Below, piece after piece: positions 38,766 to 52,000 of a stretch of DNA of 64,000 nucleotides. Source of the DNA: Balanoglossus misakiensis (taxonomy: Eukaryota; Animalia; Hemichordata); contig CM082592.2 in assembly GCA_040954595.2 (NCBI GenBank), positions 11,315,812 to 11,379,811 on the forward strand, given 5' to 3'. The position numbers and the translations under genes are program-made. The notes under the pieces were generated by a model. The model was not told the DNA's origin. It worked only from the letters and a program-made list of their open reading frames with translations, and ran no database searches. Each line of letters begins with the position of its first letter. The stretch's first letter is position 1.

Positions 38766-40327
38766 ATGTTGATGACATCGTGTTTCTGCCGATTCTTCCG
38801 TTCGCGTAACATGCTGCTGATTATCAGCAGTGTGTTCAAAGCAGTTTTTATCGCCGGCCTTTGGTTAGGTATCTCTCTCTCTATCTTCGGATATTTTGTG
38901 GGCGAAGGGAACAACACATCCGTACAGAACAGGTAGAGTGCCAGAGTTATTTCTTGTAATGTCATTTCAAATGTGTTTCTTTTAAACAGAAAATGCGGAG
39001 GCAATAATGGGGCAAAAGTGGTCAAATTGAGTTTGTAATCAGTTTCGTCTATCCATAGTATACACCAGAGACCACACACTGATTTGAACTACTTATACCT
39101 GGTCAGATCAGGCGATGTCCACGCACCATGGCAGAATTTTAACCGCGTATAAGTTTGGTCTTTTCTATTAAACTTGAACAGTTTAGAAAACAATAATTTT
39201 GTCCAGATAAAAAGCGCTCACACTACTTCTCTGTACTCACAATTTTTCCCCGCAGGTCATCATCGACTAAGCTTACGCTCCATGAATTACTCAACAGCAA
39301 GCCAATCGTCTTTCGGCCAGGATTGTCAGGAACTGGTTCATCCACAGACATTTTGAACAAATTCCCTTGGTTGGAAAAGAAAAATTGCCTTCCGAACTTC
39401 TTCACGCGACGTCAGATAGATGGTGCGTCGCCAGATGATTACAAAAATGGCGCTATAGCTTTCGTTCACAACCAAAAATCAGGCGGAACAACAATCAAGA
39501 CTTGCATGAAATCAATATTACTTGCGGCCGGAGAGGAAGCTCCGAAGATTATTGGTAATGAAAACGCCCCAAAATACTACACACTGCTTTTGAACAAGAG
39601 CCGAGATGTGAATCTTGCTCGGAATTACTATGTTGGGGATTCCACTTTCGGGTTGTGCGAATATACAGCAAAAAAGTGTTCGTATTTCACTATGATCCGT
39701 GATCCGTACGAGCGTGTCATATCTGCGTACAACATGTGCCATTTTCTAAATCCCCAGCAATGCAGAGTGCGCAACGCGGAAAGAGTCCCAATCAACGAGT
39801 GGGTTATACATCAAGGCAGCTTCTTTTTCCGACAGCTACTGGTCAATAGCGAGTTCTTCACCGAGAAGTACGACCGTTTTGTTAGACTGAGACTGCGCCG
39901 CGACTTGAACGACAGCTCAACAAACCAGATACCAACGTGGTGGAGGAACGAGATCATCCTGAAAAATTTCATCACCAAATCGCAGAAAGCGTCCATCCTT
40001 CGATATGTATTGGATAACTTAGAATCCTGGTTTGCTGTTATAGGACTAACAAGTGATTATGAGACGTCGCTAAGGATGTTTGAAAACGTGTATGGTCTTC
40101 CATTTCATACAAATTGTGCAGGAATGAAAGAAAATGCCGTATACCCCTACGAGATTAACGACAATGCAAACATGGACAGGCAAACCAGGGACCAGATAGT
40201 TGCACATTTAAAGGCACAACTTCAGTCGGACTTAACTGTCAGAGATGCTCTCTATTACGACCTACAAATCTATGAGAAAGCGAAGGAAATTTTCGCGCGA
40301 CAAAAACAAATTTACGAACAGAGTTGA
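38766..40327 (+). CDS. Type II membrane (Golgi) PAPS-dependent sulfotransferase, ~412 aa; exons 38766-38932 and 39256-40327
   Basis: Exon 1 encodes a short basic tail and a hydrophobic anchor (LLIISSVFKAVFIAGLWLGISLSIFGYFV) and splices in phase 2 to exon 2. Exon 2 has 5'-PSB FVHNQKSGGTT, 3'-PB TMIRDPYERVISAY and C-terminal DLQIYEKAKEIF, as in the HS2ST/HS6ST/Gal3ST fold. Confidence 0.8.
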
Positions 40328-40435
40328 GAGAGCTTGATTTCTTACCGCTGAAAGTCTGATCACTTTGGAATGTGATTTTCATTAATTGAAATAGACAATT
40401 TAATGATATCTTATGCTTGGTGATAAGAAGTACAA

Positions 40436-40513
40436 CATTCATTCATTTATTCATTCATTCATTCATTCGTTCGTTCGTTCATTCATTCATTCAGTCAATC
40501 AATCAATCAATCA
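40436..40513. repeat. Compound tetranucleotide microsatellite (ATTC)n(GTTC)n(ATTC)n(AATC)n
   Basis: Read directly, downstream of the sulfotransferase stop. Confidence 0.9.
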
Positions 40514-41229
40514 ACGATGATCATTTATCGCATTTACAATTTTATTTTAATCATTCATGTATTTTGTTGTTTAGTTGAGTGATAGGCCTTAATTTTATAT
40601 AAAGTAGTTTTAAAGTTGAGTGCGTAGGCCCTATTTCATTCCGCGATGCACACATTTTTAATTAAATAAATGACACACGTGGTACGGTCTTTGGTTGTTA
40701 TTTGGTGAAGTTCTCTTCATGCGAGTCACGACATCATTTTATTCAGTCATGTATATTTATTATTTCTTGTGTCATGACACTTTTTTTCGTTTCGATTAAA
40801 CTTGTCATTTCGCGCTGGATGTCGCATTTTTGTGGGCTTTTTGTCCTTTTATTATCGTGATCTGTAATAAAATCTGATTAAATTCTTTCCACTGTAAGGG
40901 GGCCTAATTAGTTCAGGACTCGTGAGTTACTACATTTAGCCTAGTTTATGTCATGTTGACGTGTTTTCACTTAAAAACAGGCCAATGTTTTTATTCTATA
41001 AACATCACAAGCTGACACAGACCGCTGTGCCGGGTGACAGACATGAGTCGACGTCATTGTCTTGAACATTCGGTAAGATAAAATGGACTATCGTTCTGCC
41101 ATGGTCATTCCTTGGCAACGTGAAGAACCTCTCGTATATACACTTTAATTAATATGATGGCGAATGTCTTTCCTCATTTTGATGCCAGTGTTTATCCCAT
41201 ACACACAAAACACCAACGAAATTGAAATA

Positions 41230-41310
41230 CGTTAACCATGCGCATGGCCTAAGCTTAGCAACGCCCCCCCCCCTCGGGTCAAAGTTCAATAATATTTCAA
41301 GATGGCGGCG
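41230..41310 (+). promoter_or_regulatory. RPUSD4 proximal promoter motifs
   Basis: 12-bp palindrome CCATGCGCATGG (41236-41247, NRF1-like) and YY1 consensus CAAGATGGCGGC (41298-41309) overlapping the ATG. Confidence 0.5.
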
Positions 41311-44300
41311 GCCTTTGGGTACTCCACATGTCGCGTACTTCATCCGAAAGAATTAAGATCAACATTGTTCGCGCTTGGGAAATATTATAGGGACATAGCG
41401 AATGACTGTCTCAAGGTAACGTCTACACGCCATATTTATCTCCAGTCTGCTCTTTATTCGTCCAAACTTCATTTTGGAACTTGTGCGAAGACGATCCGCC
41501 GTGATCACTTGAAAGTGCCGTCTGCTTCTTCCGGTGGTTTCTATTCATTTTCTACGGGAGGTACGCAACAGGAAGAGGGAAACACCAACGTAAAACAGGC
41601 AAACCCAGACGATGACTTCTTTGGACTTGATCAAGAAGGAAATTTTGACAATTTTGAAAAGTCGGAGCTTCATGTTGCCCATAGTGATGGTGGTTGGAAC
41701 ACGAAACGTCGCAGCAGACGACGGACGATGAAGAATGTTGTTTCTCGCTTGACTCGTCATGTCGACGATAGATTTGCACCCGAAGCGAATGATATCGTTG
41801 TTGGAGAAGCTGGTCTCGATTCCTTACAGAACTTGACTCAACAGAAACTAAACACATCAAACGTTGCGGAGTCACAGAACTCTGAGGTTTCCGCCGAAAG
41901 CCTGGCCAAGCAAATACGACAGAGAATTCGAAAAGAGAAATCTCGGGCCCCCAAAGACAGAAAGTTGGAGGAAGGTGAACACGATACTGTCGTGGACGAT
42001 ATCGGTAAGGATTTGACAGAAAGTGATTTGATGTTGTGGTGTGTACAATAAAACCGTATTATATATGCGGTTGTATTAAGTAGGTCAATAATTACAATCA
42101 CTGCAGTTTTGTATTAATATGAGCTGTACTGCGCCTTTCAAAGGTGTTTCCTCAAAAGGCAAAATGGACAGTCAAGGGTTCCGTGTATTATCCCACCAAG
42201 TGCAAGACCTACGTAGACTATCTCCATACGTGATTGCCAAGATCCTGCAGAGCAGAATTATTTATGACCATGGTAAGCACCTTTATGATGTTGCCACCAA
42301 ATCATCAATGTTTTACACTGACAGGGTAAATCTGGGAAACAAAGTAAAAAAAATCTAATAATTAACCAATGCACAGCAGTGTGGCACCATCAAATGCTTT
42401 TTTATCCACAGCTGCGCTACAGTAAGATTACCATGGTTTCCGAATTGTTTGACAGAAATTCACCATGGTGTATCTACTCACTGAACATAAGCTCCCTCAG
42501 CAGATTGGGCGTTTCATTATCCATGTCCTCAATTTGCCAATGATTTTTGAGTGAGTGACCTCAACGAAAACTCAGTGTTGCTCATTCTAATGCCTATAAG
42601 GATTTCTCAAATTAAAAAAAAACTTAAATTCCCCAAATCTCCAAGAATTAATTCAAAGAAACCAAAGAACTGTTGATGGTTGTCAAGCTGGAAACATTAA
42701 CACAACTGTGTTTTGCTGAGAATGGGAACACACTAATAATTTCTGGAAAACCATACTTAGAAATGTTAATGATTTTTAGGGGCTGCTGTGAAGCTATAAA
42801 TACTTGAATAATCTCTGAATGCACTGAATGTCTTTTTGTCTTTGTTTACAGAAGATGTGCTAGCCATTGATAAACCATATGGTCTGCCATCTCACGGTAT
42901 GTATGTATATGTGTATGGATCACCCATAGCAACTATGTACATTATCTCGTCTGTATATTTCAAGGACGTTGCATAACAGGCATCAGTACACAGGAACGTG
43001 GTTTGAGGGATATGATCAGTATTGTTAAAAAAATTGATGTCAACAAAATGGTTCCATAATGGTTGATAATGTTGTTCATAAATAATGATAATAATACTTA
43101 AGATAATTTGTATATTTAAATGCTAGGTGGACCTGGTATCAGTAACAATGTCAATGACACTTTACGGCTGTTGGCAAAGTTGGTAGACAAATCCCTTCCA
43201 AAGTTGTATCTGGTTCATCGATTGGACAAAGAAACAACAGGAGTCATGCTGCTTGCCAAATCAGAAATCACTGCACGCCAACTAAATGCTTTATTCAGGC
43301 ACCACCAAGTCATCAAGAAATACTGGTAAGCATCTTTTATTTTACATAAGATTAAGCCTTTCACCCCCTGATTTCAGTGTACACCAGTCCAACCAAGCCA
43401 TTGTGAGCAATGAGGTGGAACCAAAACTCCGTGGTTGAAGGGGTGAATTGTCCATTCAATGAAATCTACAGTTGTAATGATTTTGTCTTTTCCAGGGTTT
43501 TGACTATTCATGTACCAGAACCAGTCGAAGGTCAGTTTTTGAATAACGTATATTTATGCGGTGAAAGAAGCCTGCATCTTTGGACAGAATATTTCAGAAC
43601 AAGAGGAAATCCTCCAATCTCTCCATAATTTTTTTCTGTATCAAAGGTCATGTTATATTCAGTGTTGTGGAAAAAAAACAACTGTGTATTCTTTATATGT
43701 AACGTGTATGTGAATTCTATTGTGTAGGAGTGGTAGATATACCCATGGCTGAAGGAGAAGTGGTTGGGAAGAAAAGAGTAAGTGTACATTCAGATGATGT
43801 ACACTAATATTCTGTGTAAATTCACCTTAATGCTTTTGTTTCATTTTTTCAGCATTTATCCTAGATGTGTCTCCTTTCAACTGTGAGTGTGAAAATAATC
43901 CTGCAGTCAAAATTACCAGTAAACTGCCAATTTTGGATAATGCTTGAATTAGTTTACTGAGAATGTGTGATCTTTTTCATTCATGTTATTTCCCTGTGTT
44001 TCTTGACAGATGGTGTTGAGACCAGAGTTCAGTTTAGAATACAAGAACTTGAATCATTTGTCGAGCGGCAAAGGAGTCAAAGCTGTCACGAACTACAAAG
44101 TGCTTGCAAGTGAAGGAAACTGTGCATTGGTTGAACTCCAACCAGAAACAGGTAGAGTCAACGCTTAACATCCTAGGGTATGGGATGAATTATTTTCAGG
44201 AAATATCTGTAAAACAAAATTAACTGATCTTGTCATATACATCAGTCAGTTGTTAGATTTGACAGCCGATAATGGATGTATGAACTATCAACTAATTTTA

Positions 44301-44945
44301 TTTTTGTCTCATATACATGTACTTCATAAATCTTGGAGTGAGTCATTTAGATTGACAGCTGGTAATGGGTGTCAGTGGTCATGCATAAATTATGTGTGTA
44401 CATCTACCGTAATTTTATTTTTTCCCCTCAGGCATCAAGCATCAGATCCGTTGTCATCTAGCTGTTGGTCTTGGATGTCCAATTCTGGGAGATCACAAAT
44501 ACTCACATAATGACAGATTAGCACCACAGGTACGTAGACATCATATCATTAGTTTTCCGGCCAATTCTTCGAGTCCTTAATAGATCAAACCTTTGTGGTC
44601 AGTTTTGTTTGATTGCTAAAGTATTTATAATGTTTTATTGAGAACTTCCTAAGTACAGTTTTGAAATATGCCTCAAATAAACAAATACAGTCTGATTCCC
44701 CCTCCCTCCCCTCTCCCCCGATAATTGCTCATGTCATGTATTTTGTGATGATTTTGCAGAAAGTACCTGGAGATATGTTGCAAAGTCTTGGTATGAGACA
44801 ATCTAAAGCCAGGACTGTGCCCATGCATTTGCATGCCAAGCAGCTGATCATACCCGAATTCCGTAATGGTCGCAACCTCTTCATATCTGCTACACTTCCA
44901 GATCATTTCACGAGGAACATGAGAAGCCTCAACATCCGACTTTAA
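41302..44945 (+). CDS. RPUSD4: Mitochondrial RluA-family pseudouridine synthase RPUSD4 (~528 aa); exons 41302-42004, 42144-42272, 42852-42896, 43127-43325, 43496-43530, 43728-43777, 44010-44151, 44432-44529, 44760-44945
   Basis: IDKPYGLPSHGG; catalytic [74 protein letters not shown]. Exon phases sum to an intact frame. Confidence 0.88.
43352..43447. mobile_element. Copy of the TTAA MITE in an RPUSD4 intron
   Basis: TTAAGCCTTTCACCCC...GCCATTGTGAGCAATGA...GGTTGAAGGGGTGAA aligns end to end with the reverse complement of 32861-32954. Confidence 0.7.
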
Positions 44946-45349
44946 AGACAATCTATTTTTGGTCCTTTGAACCAATGAAAGCAGTCTCACAATATTGCCA
45001 GGGACAGTTAGAACCCCAGAAATACAAATCCTTGACTTTGAACTTACTTGGAGTTTTGTGTATGGAGACAAGTAAAGTCCTTTTCCACAAAACATTTATG
45101 TGACAAGATAGCATAATGTTTTTTTACATTAATACAAATAGTTAGACAAAGGAAATGATAAATTGTCAAGCTGCATGTTTGTAAAGTCTTCTGCTTCCAC
45201 TGAGCATCTAATATTTCCATTATGCTTTAGTGAAATCTTTTAGCAAATATCTACGCAGAGCTTATGTGTGTACGGTAAATATTAACAGGGTTACTATGAC
45301 AATGTAGTTACTGTACTCTGGGCTATTACATGTATATTGTACCTGAAAC

Positions 45350-45355
45350 AATAAA
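45350..45355 (+). terminator. Candidate RPUSD4 poly(A) signal
   Basis: AATAAA about 400 nt after the stop codon. Confidence 0.5.
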
Positions 45356-45679
45356 ATCTTTGCAGTTCATGAAGGAACTTAAATATTGTCTCTTTTTTAC
45401 ACATACAGCTATACATCTATGTACCTTACCATTGTTACATCTCTAGAGGTGACTGATACTGGATAGATATTTGCCACTAAAATTATATTATTTTTTGTAA
45501 TTTGCACACTGTATATCTTGAAATTCCATTGCTTCACACTGAAAGGCAATAATGAAGAAATTAAATTTAGGATAAATTTTCAAATATACAAAATAATAAT
45601 ACAAAAATCTCATGAAAAATTGTGCAGAACTTTCACAAAAATCCAAAATTCTCTGAATATGATCAAACAGAACTGAAAA

Positions 45680-46015
45680 AAGCTATAACCCATGAAATTT
45701 TGCAAATTTGCAAAGTCGAAAAATTGTCATTTCTGGATGATTTTCATGAGCTATAACCCATGTTTTTTTTCAAAAAATGAAGAAATTTTGAAAATTCGCA
45801 AAGTCGAAAAATTGTCATTTCTGGATGATTTTCATGAGCTATATTAACCCATGTTTTTTTTTCAAAAAATGAAGAAATTTTGAAAATTCGCAAAGTCGAA
45901 AAATTGTCATTTCTGGATGATTTTCATGAGCTATAACCCATGTTTTTTTTCAAAAAATAAAAAAATTTTGAAAATTCGCAAAGTCGAAAAATTGTCATTT
46001 CTGGATGATTTTCAT
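45680..46015 (+). repeat. Four diverged border monomers of the 87-bp satellite
   Basis: They share AGCTATAACCCATG and GCAAAGTCGAAAAAT with the core but carry TGTCATTTCTGGATGATTTTCAT in place of CCTCGATTTTTCGACATTTTCCT. Confidence 0.9.
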
Positions 46016-49000
46016 CAGCTATAACCCATGGTTTTTTCAAAAAATGACCAAATTTTGAAAATTCGCAAAGTCGAAAAATCCTCGATTTTTCGACATTTTC
46101 CTGAGCTATAACCCATGGTTTTTTTCAAAAAATGACCAAATTTTGAAAATTCGCAAAGTCGAAAAATCCTCGATTTTTCGACATTTTCCTGAGCTATAAC
46201 CCATGGTTTTTTTCAAAAAATGACCAAATTTTGAAAATTCGCAAAGTCGAAAAATCCTCGATTTTTCGACATTTTCCTGAGCTATAACCCATGGTTTTTT
46301 CAAAAAATGACCAAATTTTGAAAATTCGCAAAGTCGAAAAATCCTCGATTTTTCGACATTTTCCTGAGCTATAACCCATGGTTTTTTCAAAAAATGACCA
46401 AATTTTGAAAATTCGCAAAGTCAAAATCCTCGATTTTTCGACATTTTCCTGAGCTATAACCCATGGTTTTTTCAAAATAGACCAAATTTTGAAAATTCGC
46501 AAAGTCGAAAAATCCTCGATTTTTCGACATTTTCCTGAGCTATAACCCATGGTTTTTTCAAAAAATGACCAAATTTTGAAAATTCGCAAAGTCGAAAAAT
46601 CCTCGATTTTTCACGATTTTCCTGAGCTATAACCCATGGTTTTTTCAAAAAATGACCAAATTTTGAAAATTCGCAAAGTCGAAAAATCCTCGATTTTTCA
46701 CGATTTTCCTGAGCTATAAACCATGGTTTTTTCAAAAAATGACCAAATTTTGAAAATTCGCAAAGTCGAAAAATCCTCGATTTTTCGACATTTTCCTGAG
46801 CTATAACCCATGGTTTTTTCAAAAAATGACCAAATTTTGAAAATTCGCAAAGTCGAAAAATCCTCGATTTTTCGACATTTTCCTGAGCTATAACCCATGT
46901 TTTTTTCAAAAAATGACCAAATTTTGAAAATTCGCAAAGTCGAAAAATCCTCGATTTTTCACGATTTTCCTGAGCTATAACCCATGGTTTTTTCAAAAAA
47001 TGACCAAATTTTGAAAATTCGCAAAGTCGAAAAATCCTCGATTTTTCGACATTTTCCTGAGCTATAACCCATGGTTTTTTCAAAAAATGACCAAATTTTG
47101 AAAATTCGCAAAGTCGAAAAATCCTCGATTTTTCGACATTTTCCTGAGCTATAACCCATGGTTTTTTTCAAAAAAGGACCAAATTTTGAAAATTCACAAA
47201 GTCGAAAAATCCTCGATTTTTCGACATTTTCCTGAGCTATAACCCATGGTTTTTTCAAAAAATGACCAAATTTTGAAAATTCGCAAAGTCGAAAAATCCT
47301 CGATTTTTCGACATTTTCCTGAGCTATAACCCATGGTTTTTTCAAAAAATGACCAAATTTTGAAAATTCGCAAAGTCGAAAAATCCTCGATTTTTCGACA
47401 TTTTCCTGAGCTATAACCCATGGTTTTTTTCAAAAAATGACCAAATTTTGAAAATTCGCAAAGTCGAAAAATCCTCGATTTTTCGACATTTTCCTGAGCT
47501 ATAACCCATGGTTTTTTTCAAAAAATGACCAAATTTTGAAAATTCGCAAAGTCGAAAAATCCTCGATTTTTCACGATTTTCCTGAGCTATAACCCATGGT
47601 TTTTTCAAAAAATGACCAAATTTTGAAAATTCGCAAAGTCGAAAAATCCTCGATTTTTCACGATTTTCCTGAGCTATAATTCATGGTTTTTTCAAAAAAT
47701 GACCAAATTTTGAAAATTCGCAAAGTCGAAAAATCCTCGATTTTTCACGATTTTCCTGAGCTATAACCCATGGTTTTTTCAAAAAATGACCAAATTTTGA
47801 AAATTCGCAAAGTCGAAAAATCCTCGATTTTTCGACATTTTCCTGAGCTATAACCCATGGTTTTTTCAAAAAATGACCAAATTTTGAAAATTCACAAAGT
47901 CGAAAAATCCTCGATTTTTCGACATTTTCCTGAGCTATAACCCATGGTTTTTTCAAAAAATGACCAAATTTTGAAAATTCGCAAAGTCGAAAAATCCTCG
48001 ATTTTTCGACATTTTCCTGAGCTATAACCCATGGTTTTTTCAAAAAATGACCAAATTTTGAAAATTCGCAAAGTCGAAAAATCCTCGATTTTTCGACATT
48101 TTCCTGAGCTATAACCCATGGTTTTTTCAAAAAATGACCAAATTTTGAAAATTCGCAAAGTCGAAAAATCCTCGATTTTTCGACATTTTCCTGAGCTATA
48201 ACCCATGGTTTTTTCAAAAAATGACCAAATTTTGAAAATTCGCTAAGTCGAAAAATCCTCGATTTTTCGACATTTTCCTGAGCTATAACCCATGGTTTTT
48301 TCAAAAAATGACCAAATTTTGAAAATTCACAAAGTCGAAAAATCCTCGATTTTTCGACATTTTCCTGAGCTATAACCCATGGTTTTTTCAAAAAATGACC
48401 AAATTTTGAAAATTCGCAAAGTCGAAAAATCCTCGATTTTTCGACATTTTCCTGAGCTATAACCCATGGTTTTTTCAAAAAATGACCAAATTTTGAAAAT
48501 TCGCTAAGTCGAAAAATCCTCGATTTTTCGACATTTTCCTGAGCTATAACCCATGTTTTTTTCAAAAAATGACCAAATTTTGAAAATTCACAAAGTCGAA
48601 AAATCCTCGATTTTTCGACATTTTCCTGAGCTATAACCCATGGTTTTTTCAAAAAATGACCAAATTTTGAAAATTCGCAAAGTCGAAAAATCCTCGATTT
48701 TTCGACATTTTCCTGAGCTATAACCCATGGTTTTTTCAAAAAATGACCAAATTTTGAAAATTCGCAAAGTCGAAAAATCCTCGATTTTTCGACATTTTCC
48801 TGAGCTATAACCCATGGTTTTTTCAAAAAATGACCAAATTTTGAAAATTCGCAAAGTCGAAAAATCCTCGATTTTTCGACATTTTCCTGAGCTATAACCC
48901 ATGGTTTTTTCAAAAAATGACCAAATTTTGAAAATTCGCAAAGTCGAAAAATCCTCGATTTTTCACGATTTTCCTGAGCTATAACCCATGGTTTTTTCAA

Positions 49001-52000
49001 AAAAATGACCAAATTTTGAAAATTCGCAAAGTCGAAAAATCCTCGATTTTTCACGATTTTCCTGAGCTATAACCCATGGTTTTTTCAAAAAATGACCAAA
49101 TTTTGAAAATTCGCAAAGTCGAAAAATCCTCGATTTTTCACGATTTTCCTGAGCTATAACCCATGGTTTTTTTTAAAAAATGACCAAATTTTGAAAATTC
49201 GCAAAGTCGAAAAATCCTCGATTTTTCACGATTTTCCTGAGCTATAACCCATGGTTTTTTCAAAAAATGACCAAATTTTGAAAATTCGCAAAGTCGAAAA
49301 ATCCTCGATTTTTCACGATTTTCCTGAGCTATAACCCATGGTTTTTTCAAAAAATGACCAAATTTTGAAAATTCGCAAAGTCGAAAAATCCTCGATTTTT
49401 CACGATTTTCCTGAGCTATAACCCATGGTTTTTTCAAAAAATGACCAAATTTTGAAAATTCGCAAAGTCGAAAAATCCTCGATTTTTCGACATTTTCCTG
49501 AGCTATAACCCATGGTTTTTTCAAAAAATGACCAAATTTTGAAAATTCGCAAAGTCGAAAAATCCTCGATTTTTCGACATTTTCCTGAGCTATAACCCAT
49601 GGTTTTTTCAAAAAATGACCAAATTTTGAAAATTCGCAAAGTCGAAAAATCCTCGATTTTTCGACATTTTCCTAAGCTATAACCCATGGTTTTTTCAAAA
49701 AATGACCAAATTTTGAAAATTCGCAAAGTCGAAAAATCCTCGATTTTTCGACATTTTCCTGAGCTATAACCCATGGTTTTTTCAAAAAATGACCAAATTT
49801 TGAAAATTCGCAAAGTCGAAAAATCCTCGATTTTTCGACATTTTCCTGAGCTATAACCCATGGTTTTTTCAAAAAATGACCAAATTTTGAAAATTCGCAA
49901 AGTCGAAAAATCCTCGATTTTTCGACATTTTCCTGAGCTATAACCCATGGTTTTTTCAAAAAATGACCAAATTTTGAAAATTCGCAAAGTCGAAAAATCC
50001 TCGATTTTTCGACATTTTCCTGAGCTATAACCCATGGTTTTTTCAAAAAATGACCAAATTTTGAAAATTCGCAAAGTCGAAAAATCCTCGATTTTTCGAC
50101 ATTTTCCTGAGCTATAACCCATGGTTTTTTCAAAAAATGACCAAATTTTGAAAATTCGCAAAGTCGAAAAATCCTCGATTTTTCGACATTTTCCTGAGCT
50201 ATAACCCATGGTTTTTTCAAAAAATGACCAAATTTTGAAAATTCGCAAAGTCGAAAAATCCTCGATTTTTCACGATTTTCCTGAGCTATAACCCATGGTT
50301 TTTTCAAAAAATGACCAAATTTTGAAAATTCGCAAAGTCGAAAAATCCTCGATTTTTCACGATTTTCCTGAGCTATAACCCATGGTTTTTTCAAAAAATG
50401 ACCAAATTTTGAAAATTCGCAAAGTCGAAAAATCCTCGATTTTTCACGATTTTCCTGAGCTATAACCCATGGTTTTTTCAAAAAATGACCAAATTTTGAA
50501 AATTCGCAAAGTCGAAAAATCCTCGATTTTTCGACATTTTCCTGAGCTATAACCCATGGTTTTTTCAAAAAATGACCAAATTTTGAAAATTCGCAAAGTC
50601 GAAAAATCCTCGATTTTTCGACATTTTCCTGAGCTATAACCCATGGTTTTTTCAAAAAATGACCAAATTTTGAAAATTCGCAAAGTCGAAAAATCCTCGA
50701 TTTTTCGACATTTTCCTGAGCTATAACCCATGGTTTTTTTCAAAAAATGACCAAATTTTGAAAATTCGCAAAGTCGAAAAATCCTCGATTTTTCGACATT
50801 TTCCTGAGCTATAACCCATGGTTTTTTTTTCAAAAAATGACCAAATTTTGAAAATTCGCAAAGTCGAAAAATCCTCGATTTTTCGACATTTTCCTGAGCT
50901 ATAACCCATGGTTTTTTTCAAAAAATTACCAAATTTTGAAAATTCGCAAAGTCGAAAAATCCTCGATTTTTCGACATTTTCCTGAGCTATAACCCATGGT
51001 TTTTTCAAAAAATGACCAAATTTTGAAAATTCGCAAAGTCGAAAAATCCTCGATTTTTCACGATTTTCCTGAGCTATAACCCATGGTTTTTTCAAAAAAT
51101 GACCAAATTTTGAAAATTCGCAAAGTCGAAAAATCCTCGATTTTTCACGATTTTCCTGAGCTATAACCCATGGTTTTTTCAAAAAATGACCAAATTTTGA
51201 AAATTCGCAAAGTCGAAAAATCCTCGATTTTTCACGATTTTCCTGAGCTATAACCCATGGTTTTTTCAAAAAATGACCAAATTTTGAAAATTCGCAAAGT
51301 CGAAAAATCCTCGATTTTTCACGATTTTCCTGAGCTATAACCCATGGTTTTTTCAAAAAATGACCAAATTTTGAAAATTCGCAAAGTCGAAAAATCCTCG
51401 ATTTTTCACGATTTTCCTGAGCTATAACCCATGGTTTTTTCAAAAAATGACCAAATTTTGAAAATTCGCAAAGTCGAAAAATCCTCGATTTTTCGACATT
51501 TTCCTGAGCTATAACCCATGGTTTTTTCAAAAAATGACCAAATTTTGAAAATTCGCAAAGTCGAAAAATCCTCGATTTTTCGACATTTTCCTGAGCTATA
51601 ACCCATGGTTTTTTCAAAAAATGACCAAATTTTGAAAATTCGCAAAGTCGAAAAATCCTCGATTTTTCGACATTTTCCTGAGCTATAACCCATGGTTTTT
51701 TCAAAAAATGACCAAATTTTGAAAATTCGCAAAGTCGAAAAATCCTCGATTTTTCGACATTTTCCTGAGCTATAACCCATGGTTTTTTCAAAAAATGACC
51801 AAATTTTGAAAATTCGCAAAGTCGAAAAATCCTCGATTTTTCGACATTTTCCTGAGCTATAACCCATGGTTTTTTCAAAAAATGACCAAATTTTGAAAAT
51901 TCGCAAAGTCGAAAAATCCTCGATTTTTCACGATTTTCCTGAGCTATAACCCATGGTTTTTTCAAAAAAATGACCAAATTTTGAAAATTCGCAAAGTCGA

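Noticed and set aside
1-45000. Minor (U12) or GC-AG introns, tRNAs and intronic snoRNAs
   Set aside because: All junctions I traced are GT-AG without the RTATCCTT donor. I saw no convincing cloverleaf or box C/D or H/ACA layout; an Infernal/Rfam scan would be needed to exclude them.
46060-46080. CENP-B box-like ATTCGCAAAGTCGAAAA in the monomer
   Set aside because: It has TTCG but lacks the required A and CGGG positions of NTTCGNNNNANNCGGGN.
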